IMG/VR virus record: IMGVR_UViG_3300014613_000042
Location: 1-42,021 of that record
DNA: 42,021 bases
Strand: one strand, 5' to 3'
From: a virus
Lineage: Duplodnaviria; Caudoviricetes
In this document: positions 17,567 to 26,192 of the stretch, in pieces
Layout: every line of letters begins with the position of its first letter
How positions within the stretch are numbered: position 1 is the stretch's first letter
Program-made: the position numbers and the translations under genes
The notes under the pieces: generated by a model
What the model was told of the DNA's origin: nothing
Databases searched by the model: none
The model's input: the letters and a program-made list of their open reading frames with translations, nothing else

Positions 17567-18010
17567 ATGGCACGAAAACTCAAGTTGAAACACCCCCTGG
17601 ACGAGGGCGGGGGCGTTTGGTACGTCCCCAAGTTCGGGAACGAGCGGTTCCGCCTGGACAATGATCTGATGGACGAGGGCGAGGAGCCCTTGGCCGTTCG
17701 CCTTCGCCCGATTTCGGCGTCGGAGTTCCGACGTCTGTCCTTGTCCGCTGCGGACGCCAAGGCCATGGAGAGGATCGCCAAGGGCGCGGACGCGGACGAG
17801 ATCGGCGGGGAGCTGGCGGGGCGTGTGATCGCCTCGGCCGTCCTCGAGGTCCGAGGGTATGAGGACGTCAAGGGCGAGGCCGTCACGACGGGCCGGGACC
17901 TCGTGGATCGCGGAGAGGCGGGGTTGGTGAATGAGATCACTGTGGTGATCCAGGATCACGCCCAGCTTTCGGACGGTGTGCGAAAGCTATATCCCTCGCC
18001 GCAGGACTAG
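17567..18010 (+). CDS. Tail assembly chaperone (gpG-like)
   Basis: ATG 17567 after GGGAAGGGA; lies between tube and tape measure; ends at a CGA AAG shift site. Confidence 0.8.
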   Translation: MARKLKLKHPLDEGGGVWYVPKFGNERFRLDNDLMDEGEEPLAVRLRPISASEFRRLSLSAADAKAMERIAKGADADEIGGELAGRVIASAVLEVRGYEDVKGEAVTTGRDLVDRGEAGLVNEITVVIQDHAQLSDGVRKLYPSPQD

Positions 18011-18384
18011 CAACGGCCGGAGAGGAGGCCCTGTGGGATTGCAAAGAATGCAGAGCCGAGGGTCTCACGGCGACGAGGGGTTGCGACGGGCCGGCAACGT
18101 CGAATCTTCTGTTCCTGTTCGATCTGGATTTGGATCGTTGCGCAAAGGCCGTTCTGGCCGAGACCGGGGCCGCCCGGGAAGCCTGGAGCGTAATCCAGGC
18201 GTGGAAGGCGTGGAAGAACATGGGCGTGTTGCCGTGGCCCGGCGCCATGGGCGATCAACCGGCGTGGTTCGTGGAGGCTCTACAAGTCGTCGAGGAGGAA
18301 GTGGAGGCCGCGAAGGCCCGACGCCCTCCCCGCGAAATTCGGATAGATGACGGAGGCGATAGTGGCCCGCAAGGCGTCAGTTGA
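17981..18384 (+). CDS. Tail assembly chaperone -1 frameshift extension (gpT-like)
   Basis: The -1 frame is open from CGAAAG (17981-17986): AISLAAGLATAGEEALWDCKEC...GVLPWPGAMGDQPAWFVEAL. Confidence 0.75.
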
Positions 18385-19903
18385 AACGGGGATCGAACTA
18401 TCGGCCGACGGCGTCCGCCAGGTCGGCGCTGAGTTCTCCAAGTTGGGCAGGAACGTCGTCCAGTCTGCCGAGCAGATCCGCAAAATCACCGACTTTGTCC
18501 GGAACTTCAAAGAGATCGGCCGGGCCGCGTTCGACGTGGCGCGGGAGGCTTTGACCCGCCTGCTAGATGTGACGCTAGAGTATCGGGACGCCAACGACGC
18601 CCAGGTCAAGGAGCTAACCAAGGCCGCGAATTCGGTCAAGGTTTTGGCGTCTCGGATCGGGGACGCCTTGATCCCTGTGATCCAAGGACTGTCTCGGGCC
18701 CTCGGGCCTGTGATCACCGAAACCACGAAGTGGCTGGAGGCGAACCGTGAGTGGCTGGCCCTGGAGATCGTGGAGAACATGGCCGCGTTGGCTGGGACGT
18801 TGGCCGGCCCTGTGGTCCGTGGGGTTCAAGGCGTAGTCGGGGCCACAACGGCCTTGTCCGCCGGGTGGGTGTTCGTCGAGAAATCGGTAAACCAGGCCAT
18901 TGCCACGATCCTGGACGGTGCCATGGCTGCGGTTTCGGCCGCTGGATCTTTGGCGGACAAGCTCGGGCTGGACGGGATCGCGGGCCAGGCCCGGGATGCC
19001 GAGAACGCCCTTGTGGGTATGTCGTTCGAGTTTCGGGAATCTGCCAGGGACGCCCAGGCGGAGTTGGACGTCCTGATCGCTCAGCTCGTGGCGAACGACA
19101 ATACGGCCGAAAACGTCTTGGCCAAGATCACGGAGATCATCAAAGGCTTTCGCCAGGCCGCCAAGGAGGCCGCCGCGGCCTCAAAGGCGAGCGGGACGAC
19201 GACACAAGAGGCCGCAGATCAGGCCGTGGCGTTTGCTGAGAAGATCGGCGCCGCGATGGCGGCCGGGGCGGACGCCGCGATCGAGGGGTTTCAAAATGAG
19301 GAGGTTTGGATCCAGCGTCTGATCAAGGACGAAGAACTCCTAGCCAAGGCTGCGGAAGATCGAGCCACACGGATCCAGAAGGCGAACGAGGCCATGGCCC
19401 AGACGGCGACGGCGTCGGGCGCCGCGATCGGCGCCGCTCTATCCGCCGGATTCGAGGAGGGGGAGTTCTCGGCACAGAAGGCCATGAAGGCCATGGCCCT
19501 GGCCGTGTTCCGAATGGTACGCCAGACCCTGGAGGCCGAGTTGATCCGCGCCTCGGGCTCCCTGTTCGCCTCCCTGGCCGCCTTGGGCCCGGGGGCCCTC
19601 GTTGGTATCCCCGCCGGAGTCGCGGCCCTCGGTGCCCTGTTCGAAGGGCTTATCAGCCAGATCCCGACGGCCCACACTGGCGCAATCGTCAAGGGTCCTT
19701 CGTCTCGTGAAACCCTCGTGATGGTCAGAGGCGGGGAGGCTATCGTCCCATTGACCGGTCCCGGGTCTGCCGGCGTCGGGGGAACCACCTACGTGTTCAA
19801 CGTCTCGAACAACGTGCCTACGTCCGTTGCCGAGGCCTCCCGCGTCGTTCGCCGCGGTTTCCTCCCGGCCCTCCGTCGGGCTCAAATGCAAGGGGCTGGA
19901 TAA
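18362..19903 (+). CDS. Tape measure protein
   Basis: Ala-rich and helical; C-terminal AHTGAIV.GP...GGEAIVP motif. Probable GTG start at 18362 behind GGAGG (ORF open from 18347). Confidence 0.85.
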   Translation: MARKASVETGIELSADGVRQVGAEFSKLGRNVVQSAEQIRKITDFVRNFKEIGRAAFDVAREALTRLLDVTLEYRDANDAQVKELTKAANSVKVLASRIGDALIPVIQGLSRALGPVITETTKWLEANREWLALEIVENMAALAGTLAGPVVRGVQGVVGATTALSAGWVFVEKSVNQAIATILDGAMAAVSAAGSLADKLGLDGIAGQARDAENALVGMSFEFRESARDAQAELDVLIAQLVANDNTAENVLAKITEIIKGFRQAAKEAAAASKASGTTTQEAADQAVAFAEKIGAAMAAGADAAIEGFQNEEVWIQRLIKDEELLAKAAEDRATRIQKANEAMAQTATASGAAIGAALSAGFEEGEFSAQKAMKAMALAVFRMVRQTLEAELIRASGSLFASLAALGPGALVGIPAGVAALGALFEGLISQIPTAHTGAIVKGPSSRETLVMVRGGEAIVPLTGPGSAGVGGTTYVFNVSNNVPTSVAEASRVVRRGFLPALRRAQMQGAG

Positions 19904-20847
19904 TGGCGTGGAACAAAGTGGCGTTGTCCGCGGCCGATCAGGCCTACCACAACGACAACAAACCGTTCCTGTCCGCAACGCGGGGCCCGGACGCCATTGA
20001 CACGGTGACGACTGAGGATCCGCAGTGGAACAACGTGGGGGACATGACGCTCCCCGACGATAATGATTCGGACTATCCGGCCGAGAGGGCGATTGATCGT
20101 AACGCCCTGGCCCGGACTAGGCCAGCCACAAACTGGACAGCTACATCCATTTATTTCTGCTTGGAGATCCCTTCCGGCCTCGTCGCAAACCTGGACCACG
20201 TCGCGATCATCGGGCACAATTTCGACACTGAGCCGAATGTTACCCAAGTCAAAGTCCAAATCGACGACTTCCCGGACTTCCAGAACAACGTAGGATCCAC
20301 TCTCAAAGATCTTTGTACCTGGACGGCTCCGTTTGACTCTGGCCGTCTCGTCTGCACGGAGCTGGACGGGGGGATCAACAAGTTCGAGCTCGTGACGAAC
20401 ATCCGAATCGAGATCACCGTGGGCGCGGGAAACCACAAACCTGAGATTGGCGAATTCTGGTTCGGCACACGTCGCCAGCTCCCCCACTGGCCCCGCAACC
20501 CCTGGGACATTCACCACAAGGGTCTGTCATCTCGTGAGCAATTCCGCTCCGAGGCCGGCGCCGTCTCCACATACGCCCGGCACGTGGGCCGCGGGGACCT
20601 GACAATGAACATGCGTTTCGCCACGGAAGCAAACGCGGACATCCTGCGCGGAGCCTGGAGCGATCTGAACTACGGGAGCCACAATGGCCTCCTAGTCCCT
20701 CGGCCCGATTCCACGCCCCAGGACGCCCGGATCATGAGCTTCCCCCCGCCGGGCCTGTTGAACGCCCAGACCCAGAACCCCGCGCTGGCCCTCTACTCCC
20801 TCCCCATGGAAGAGGTGGCGCCGTTCGTGGGCCCCGAGGGAGTCTAG
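19903..20847 (+). CDS. Distal/minor tail protein
   Basis: Follows the TMP with TAATG coupling; DHVAIIGHNF and EIGEFWFG patterns resemble distal tail proteins. Confidence 0.7.
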   Translation: MAWNKVALSAADQAYHNDNKPFLSATRGPDAIDTVTTEDPQWNNVGDMTLPDDNDSDYPAERAIDRNALARTRPATNWTATSIYFCLEIPSGLVANLDHVAIIGHNFDTEPNVTQVKVQIDDFPDFQNNVGSTLKDLCTWTAPFDSGRLVCTELDGGINKFELVTNIRIEITVGAGNHKPEIGEFWFGTRRQLPHWPRNPWDIHHKGLSSREQFRSEAGAVSTYARHVGRGDLTMNMRFATEANADILRGAWSDLNYGSHNGLLVPRPDSTPQDARIMSFPPPGLLNAQTQNPALALYSLPMEEVAPFVGPEGV

Positions 20848-23478
20848 GTGGCGTACACGTTCAACACCAGATGGCTTGAGGCGTTCCGGAGTGGGGCCGA
20901 GGTGGCCGTCCTGGCGACGATCCGCTACACGTCGGGCGGGGACGAGGTGACGTACTGCCACAACCCGCGTGGACACCCCCTGTTCGGCTACCCGAACCTG
21001 ATCGCCGACATGGTCCCGATCTCCCAGGACCTGGACGTCCTCGAGTCTGAGATCCGGATGGGCTCGATCGATATCACGCTACTGGACCACGACGAGATCC
21101 GCGACCTGATCTCTACCTACCCGCTCCGCAACAAACGGGTGATTGTCCAGGTGGGGACGCCGGACCTCGTGGAGGGAGATTTTGAGGAAGTGTTTCGGGG
21201 CGTGATCCTCGCGCAACCCGCGACCTCCCCGACGCACCACACGATCGCCGTGGGGGACACTTTCGGTTTGATGGTCGACAGGAACTTGACCGGGGCCTTC
21301 ATCGGCGACTTTCCAGGGGAGATCCTGGAAACGATCATGGATACGCTCGTGGACGACGCGACCACGGGCCTGATTGACAACACGTCCTTTTCCCCGGCGC
21401 CCTACACCAACGACATTTCCCATTTCAACGTGGCGAGGGCCGCGTCCCGTTTTGGGATCCAGGCCGTCACAGATCCGACCTCCGCCTTGACCCTCAAGTC
21501 CGAGTTGGAAAAGATCATGCGGGCCACGGTCACGGTGAACCGGGACGGCGTTTTGGAGCTCCGACGGCCAAACCTGTCTGGGTCGTCCGTGGCGACGTTC
21601 ACAACCAACGATTTCTCTAGCCTCTCGGTCTCGGAGATCTCCCCGATCAACCGGGTAGAGACCCTCTTTGACTACAGGGGGGAGGAGAGGGGCCAGCGTC
21701 CGCCTGTGGAGTCTGCGATCTCACACCGGATCTCCGAGGTCGGCGGGGACGTCGCCACGGAAATGGCGACCCTGCGCGAGTTGGACGCTATGCAGGACGC
21801 CCTAGACATCAATGCCGAGGGCAACAGACAACGGGCCATGATGCGGGCCCGGGAGTTCCGCCAAAGCTACATCCGGGACGACGCCGTGTCTCAGGCCGCG
21901 TTCGCTTATAACCACCCAGCCGGCCGTGTCGACAGGATCTACTCGTGGGAAATGGCGTCCAAGTGGATCGGACCCCACGCCCTCCTCCGGACGACGATCA
22001 ACGCCGGGGACGGCGCCGGGGCCACGTTCGATCTCGAGGGCGTGGGCCTCGCTGGTTTCTGTGGCCTGGCCGGCTTTGACCGAGCCACAGGGATCCCAGC
22101 GAACCAGCGCGCCTCGGCTGCCCGTCCTGTCTACGTCAAGATCGACCGGGAGATCATCGCGTGCGATCTGGTCACGCCGGACCTGGACGTGGAGACGGTC
22201 AACGGGTGGTCCAACTACATCGACGGCCTGGACGTCTACCCTCGCCCAGGCTCGGACCACCTCGTCTACAAGGCCACGTTTAGGATCCTGAGCCGTGCGG
22301 CCCTGGGGACGACCGGAGGCGTTGCACACGCCCCCTACGACGGCGGAACGACCGTGTGGACGTCCACCCAGACCCCTACGGGCTTCGCCTGGGACGTCAC
22401 GATCCCCGAGTTCATTTGTAGGGAGATCCTGGACCGGTTCGCCAACGGGGCCCCCGTGGCGTCGTTCCTCCTCCCCCTCGAGTGGGGCTGGTTGGAGCTC
22501 CGCGATATCATCCGGCTCGTCCATCCCAAGCTCCTGTCCTACGGATACGACGGGATCGACGCCACGACCCCGTGGGAGATCATCGGCCTAGAGGCCGATT
22601 GGATGGGCGCAACCCCAGGGATCAGAGTCTCCGCCCTTCCCGCCGTCGTGGGCAAGGCGGGGGCGGGGGCCTACCAGCACCAAAACACGGACACCAACGA
22701 CGCGGCCAACGCCGGGTGGATCTCCGAAGCGATCCGGTCCTTCTGGCACCAGTATCTAAACAGCGGATTCGTGGTCTCGGGCAACGCGGCTTTGAACTTC
22801 GACATCGCCGAGGGGGCCTGGGGCCGTTCCGCCGGGGGCGTGGGGCGTGTCCGAGGCGACACGGCGATCGCAGTCCAGGCGAACAAGGACACATACACAT
22901 ACCTGGACCGAGACACGGGCCTGATCGTCAAGCGACAGACGGCCCTCGCGGCGGGAGACCCTGGCGAATTTGCGGGACTCGAGCGTGTGGCCAAGGTCGT
23001 GTCCAACGGGGCGGACACAACGACGACGCCACCCACAGACCAACGCAAAATGTCGGCCGTGGCGTTCGGGGTCTGGGACAACACGGGAGCCAAGGCCCTC
23101 GTGGCCGGCGGGTGGGTTCGCGTGGACTTCGACACGGTGGAGATCAACGTAGGGATCCCGGCCGGATCTGCTACCGCAGCGTTCACGGCTCCGTATGCCG
23201 GGGTCTGGGAGTTCTACACGACCGTGGAGGTCCTGATCTCCTCGGCTGCGGGGACGTCCTCGACCGTGGCGTTTTTTGTCAACGCCGCTGCGTCGAAACT
23301 GATCGACAACGTCGTAACCCACGTCGTAGGCCAGACGGTTCGCCAGTCGGGATCCGCGTTGCTCCAGCTCGCCCAGGGCGACGTAGTGGACGTCCGGGCG
23401 TTCGTGTCGGGCGGCGGGGCCGGGACAATCACAGCGGGACAACAAGAAACTTGGTTCCAGGGCCGGAGGGCCTTCTAG
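20848..23478 (+). CDS. Tail hub / central tail-tip protein with C-terminal C1q/TNF-like domain
   Basis: 876 aa, last tail gene; C-terminal VAF...V.FDTVEIN.G...FTAPYAGVWEF...SGSALLQLAQGDVV...TWFQG is the gC1q pattern. Confidence 0.8.
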   Translation: MAYTFNTRWLEAFRSGAEVAVLATIRYTSGGDEVTYCHNPRGHPLFGYPNLIADMVPISQDLDVLESEIRMGSIDITLLDHDEIRDLISTYPLRNKRVIVQVGTPDLVEGDFEEVFRGVILAQPATSPTHHTIAVGDTFGLMVDRNLTGAFIGDFPGEILETIMDTLVDDATTGLIDNTSFSPAPYTNDISHFNVARAASRFGIQAVTDPTSALTLKSELEKIMRATVTVNRDGVLELRRPNLSGSSVATFTTNDFSSLSVSEISPINRVETLFDYRGEERGQRPPVESAISHRISEVGGDVATEMATLRELDAMQDALDINAEGNRQRAMMRAREFRQSYIRDDAVSQAAFAYNHPAGRVDRIYSWEMASKWIGPHALLRTTINAGDGAGATFDLEGVGLAGFCGLAGFDRATGIPANQRASAARPVYVKIDREIIACDLVTPDLDVETVNGWSNYIDGLDVYPRPGSDHLVYKATFRILSRAALGTTGGVAHAPYDGGTTVWTSTQTPTGFAWDVTIPEFICREILDRFANGAPVASFLLPLEWGWLELRDIIRLVHPKLLSYGYDGIDATTPWEIIGLEADWMGATPGIRVSALPAVVGKAGAGAYQHQNTDTNDAANAGWISEAIRSFWHQYLNSGFVVSGNAALNFDIAEGAWGRSAGGVGRVRGDTAIAVQANKDTYTYLDRDTGLIVKRQTALAAGDPGEFAGLERVAKVVSNGADTTTTPPTDQRKMSAVAFGVWDNTGAKALVAGGWVRVDFDTVEINVGIPAGSATAAFTAPYAGVWEFYTTVEVLISSAAGTSSTVAFFVNAAASKLIDNVVTHVVGQTVRQSGSALLQLAQGDVVDVRAFVSGGGAGTITAGQQETWFQGRRAF

Positions 23479-23490
23479 GAGTGTGTTACA

Positions 23491-23787
23491 ATGACGGCCG
23501 AGACCGAGAACAGGATCGAGAAAAAGTTGGATCGGATCCACGAGGACGTGGGGGATGTCAGGGAGAGGCTGGTCAGGGTGGAGACCACAACAGACCGGCT
23601 CGCTTCCCACGTCGAGAAACAGAACGGCCGTGTGGCCAAGATCGAGAGAAACCAGGCCGCGTCCGCGGCCGCGGACGCGGCCAGGGAGAAGGCGAAAACA
23701 GAGATCGCCTTGTGGCTTAAGGTCGCCTTTCTCCTCGCCGGAGGCGCCGGGGCGGGGACGGGGATCCAAACGCTGATCGGAGGTTAG
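23491..23787 (+). CDS. Lysis-cassette membrane protein (coiled coil plus C-terminal TM helix; XhlA/holin-like)
   Basis: IEKKLDRIHEDVGDVRERLVRVET..KQNGRVAKIE coiled coil, then hydrophobic IALWLKVAFLLAGGAG. Confidence 0.65.
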   Translation: MTAETENRIEKKLDRIHEDVGDVRERLVRVETTTDRLASHVEKQNGRVAKIERNQAASAAADAAREKAKTEIALWLKVAFLLAGGAGAGTGIQTLIGG

Positions 23788-23788
23788 T

Positions 23789-24148
23789 ATGGAGACTGTG
23801 TGGGTTCAGGTGTTGTTTTGGGGCGGCCTCATTCTTCTGGGCGTGGCCGTGTGGGCGATCGGTGCGTTCGTGTCATCCAAGCAAACCAAGGACGTCCTGC
23901 AAAAGGTCGCGTTCCTCGCACAACACGCCGTCTCGGCGGTCAAGGCCGAGGTCCGGGACGAGGACGGCGACGGGAAGATCTCGGGTGTCGAGCTGGGCAA
24001 CGCCTGTAAGCGTGTCCTCCTCGGCATGACGTCGGCGGAGGTCAAGCTCCTGGAGACCATGACCCGATCGCCGTCGGGCGAGACCGGGAGTCCCCAGGAT
24101 CTGATCCGTGGGATCGTCGAGGGGGTAGCGGGTCCGGGCCCTACCTAG
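23789..24148 (+). CDS. Holin-like single-TM protein with EF-hand loop (short, unshifted form)
   Basis: N-terminal TM VWVQVLFWGGLILLGVAVWAIGAFV; DEDGDGKISGVEL loop; GGAGG SD; precedes the endolysin candidate. Confidence 0.7.
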   Translation: METVWVQVLFWGGLILLGVAVWAIGAFVSSKQTKDVLQKVAFLAQHAVSAVKAEVRDEDGDGKISGVELGNACKRVLLGMTSAEVKLLETMTRSPSGETGSPQDLIRGIVEGVAGPGPT

Positions 24149-24172
24149 CCCCCGGGACAGCCGGGGGACTAG
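24136..24172 (+). promoter_or_regulatory. Putative -1 programmed ribosomal frameshift signal
   Basis: In-frame G_GGC_CCT (24136-24142), 6-nt spacer, stem CCCCCGG-GACAG-CCGGGGG (24149-24167), extendable by CTAG/CTAG. Confidence 0.7.
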
Positions 24173-24333
24173 ATCTGGATTTCGTCGTGTCTCCCAAGGG
24201 GGCCGGGGCCGTTGGGCGTGTTGATTTCCGCCTAGCCGACGATTGGACAGCCTACGGCGAAGGCCGGGCCTTGGTCGATTGGCGAGGCGATCCAGCCTGG
24301 TACGCCGGAGTAGGCGTGGAGGGCCGTTGGTGA
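24142..24333 (+). CDS. 63-aa -1 frame extension of the holin-like protein: four amphipathic beta-strands ending in Trp
   Basis: YLAPGTAGGLDLDFVVSPKGAGAVGRVDFRLADDWTAYGEGRALVDWRGDPAWYAGVGVEGRW; no start codon upstream in this frame; its TGA overlaps the next gene's GTG. Confidence 0.7.
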   Translation, partial: YLAPGTAGGLDLDFVVSPKGAGAVGRVDFRLADDWTAYGEGRALVDWRGDPAWYAGVGVEGRW

Positions 24334-24902
24334 GGATCCGAGAACAGACCCTGTGGGACGTTGATCAGGAATTCGCGGGCTATGGCTACGGCCGTCCCGA
24401 ATATCCCCCTGGGCTCGTCCGTGGGATCACACTTCCCGAGCCCGTTGCAGGGCGCCGACCCACAATCGATTGTTGTTCGTTCGTCGAGGCCGTCGTGGTC
24501 GGGGCATTCCAACGAGAACACGGAGACGGGGCCCTTCTGTCCCTGGCCTCTCATCGGCTATGGATGATCCACGACGTAGAGCGTCACAGGTTCGGCCCTG
24601 TGGACGTCGCGATCGCGGACGGGTACGCGGATCCCGTGATGCTCTGTGACGTCCCCCACACGCCCTGTGTGTTCCAAGGCTGGACGAAACGGGGGAAGGG
24701 CGCCAAGGGCCACACGATTCTGATCATGGACTACGACTCGGAGACGGATCGGTGTTTGACCCGGGAGGCCGCCGGGAGCCTCCGAGGCGTGGGCAGCCGA
24801 GGCGTCCGCAAGGGCCAGGACTGGCGTTTCCATGGCATTACCTGGGAGGATCTGATAGCCTTGTGGCCCGACTACCGGGCCGCATTGATCCGCACAACAT
24901 AG
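24330..24902 (+). CDS. Putative endolysin, NlpC/P60 / CHAP-like cysteine peptidase
   Basis: IDCCSFV (Cys nucleophile-like) and GHTILI (His); GTG 24330 behind GGAGG; follows the holin-like genes. Confidence 0.6.
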   Translation: MRIREQTLWDVDQEFAGYGYGRPEYPPGLVRGITLPEPVAGRRPTIDCCSFVEAVVVGAFQREHGDGALLSLASHRLWMIHDVERHRFGPVDVAIADGYADPVMLCDVPHTPCVFQGWTKRGKGAKGHTILIMDYDSETDRCLTREAAGSLRGVGSRGVRKGQDWRFHGITWEDLIALWPDYRAALIRTT

Positions 24903-24910
24903 GAGGCCCC

Positions 24911-26176
24911 ATGGCCAAGCAACGGATCGAGAAACCGCTTTACGTCTACAGCGAAGAGACCGACACCTACGTTACCAACGTCCCAGGAGTCCCCAAACCG
25001 ATCCGGTTCCCCGGATCGGTCCACCGGGCCCTGATCGCGGCCTATTCCAACTTCGACGGGGCCCCGGCGACGATCAACGAGATCGCCCGGGAATTCGCCA
25101 TGGATCGAACGTGGGTTACGGGCTACTTACGGGCCCACGGGATCACCCACGACTCGGAGCCGTTCTCCCGCGAAGAACTGGCGAGCAAGGACGAGGACGA
25201 GCTCGTGGGCGATATGCTCCAGAAGAAACGGGCCCGGGTTCGTGAGAAGGCGAGCCGCAGGGTCTGGGCCGCGATCGAGGAGGACGCCCAGAAATGGAGA
25301 TCGTTCGAGGACCACGTTCTCATGGCGATCAAATCGTCCATGGGGAACCACAAGGCCACGATCCCCAAACCGATGAAACCGCGTGCGGCCCCGGAGCCCT
25401 ACGAGGCCGTCGTGGGCCTGTTCGATTTCCACTACGGGAAATATGGGGCCCCGTCGACCCGAGACCCCTACAACAGGGAGATCGCAGATCGTCGCCTCCG
25501 GGAGACCACGGAGCGGGCTTTGGCCGATCTCCTGGTCCACGGAACGCCGGAACGCCTGTACGTCCCCACGGGAAACGACTTCCTCCACTTCGCCAACGAC
25601 CACGGCAAAACGGTTTCCATGCGACACGATCAGGACCTGGACGGTAAGCCATTCGAGATCGTGATCCAGGCGTGCCAGCTCCTCGAGACCTGGGCCGCAG
25701 GCCTCGCCGCCGTGGCCCCGGTGGAGTTCGTGTTCGTCGAGGGGAACCACGACGGGATCGTGGGCATCCTCCTCCACATGTACTTGGCCGCGGCGTTCCG
25801 GGACACGGATCGGGTGATCGTGTCCCTGGACCACGAGCCACGGGCCTATCGCAGGTTCGGAACGAACTTGATCGGGTTCACTCACGGCCGGGACGTCCGG
25901 AACACGTCGGACCTGGCCGGCCTCATGTCCGTGGAAGCCGCGGAACATTGGGAGGCGTGCGTCCACAGGACGGTCTACACGGGAGATCTCCACACGGAGA
26001 AGTCCGAGATCGATACGTCCTACGGCGTGACTCGTCGCCAGCTCCCGTGCCTGTCCGGCTCCGACAAGTGGAGCGCGGATCGGGGCTATCAACACGCCCC
26101 CAGAGCGTTGCAGATCTACCGCCACGGCGTCCGTTCTGGACTCCTGGGCATGAACAACACGGCCGTGATCGGCTGA
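24911..26176 (+). CDS. Calcineurin-like metallophosphoesterase with N-terminal HTH-like region
   Basis: DFHYG, GNDFLH, EGNHD, FTHG and GDLH motifs; ATG 24911 behind AGGAGG. Confidence 0.85.
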   Translation: MAKQRIEKPLYVYSEETDTYVTNVPGVPKPIRFPGSVHRALIAAYSNFDGAPATINEIAREFAMDRTWVTGYLRAHGITHDSEPFSREELASKDEDELVGDMLQKKRARVREKASRRVWAAIEEDAQKWRSFEDHVLMAIKSSMGNHKATIPKPMKPRAAPEPYEAVVGLFDFHYGKYGAPSTRDPYNREIADRRLRETTERALADLLVHGTPERLYVPTGNDFLHFANDHGKTVSMRHDQDLDGKPFEIVIQACQLLETWAAGLAAVAPVEFVFVEGNHDGIVGILLHMYLAAAFRDTDRVIVSLDHEPRAYRRFGTNLIGFTHGRDVRNTSDLAGLMSVEAAEHWEACVHRTVYTGDLHTEKSEIDTSYGVTRRQLPCLSGSDKWSADRGYQHAPRALQIYRHGVRSGLLGMNNTAVIG

Positions 26177-26192
26177 TTGGAAGGGGAAGGGA

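Noticed and set aside
20848-23478. Diversity-generating retroelement targeting the tail-tip domain
   Set aside because: No reverse transcriptase and no template/variable repeat pair were seen.
24146-24172. Stop-codon read-through or an intrinsic terminator after the holin-like gene
   Set aside because: The zero frame hits another TAG within 8 codons, the hairpin has no U-tract, and downstream genes continue; a -1 shift explains the layout better.
24243-24329. N-terminal extension of the endolysin candidate (ORF start 24243)
   Set aside because: It is an Arg-rich off-frame read of the beta-strand segment; GGAGG plus GTG 24330 is the better start.
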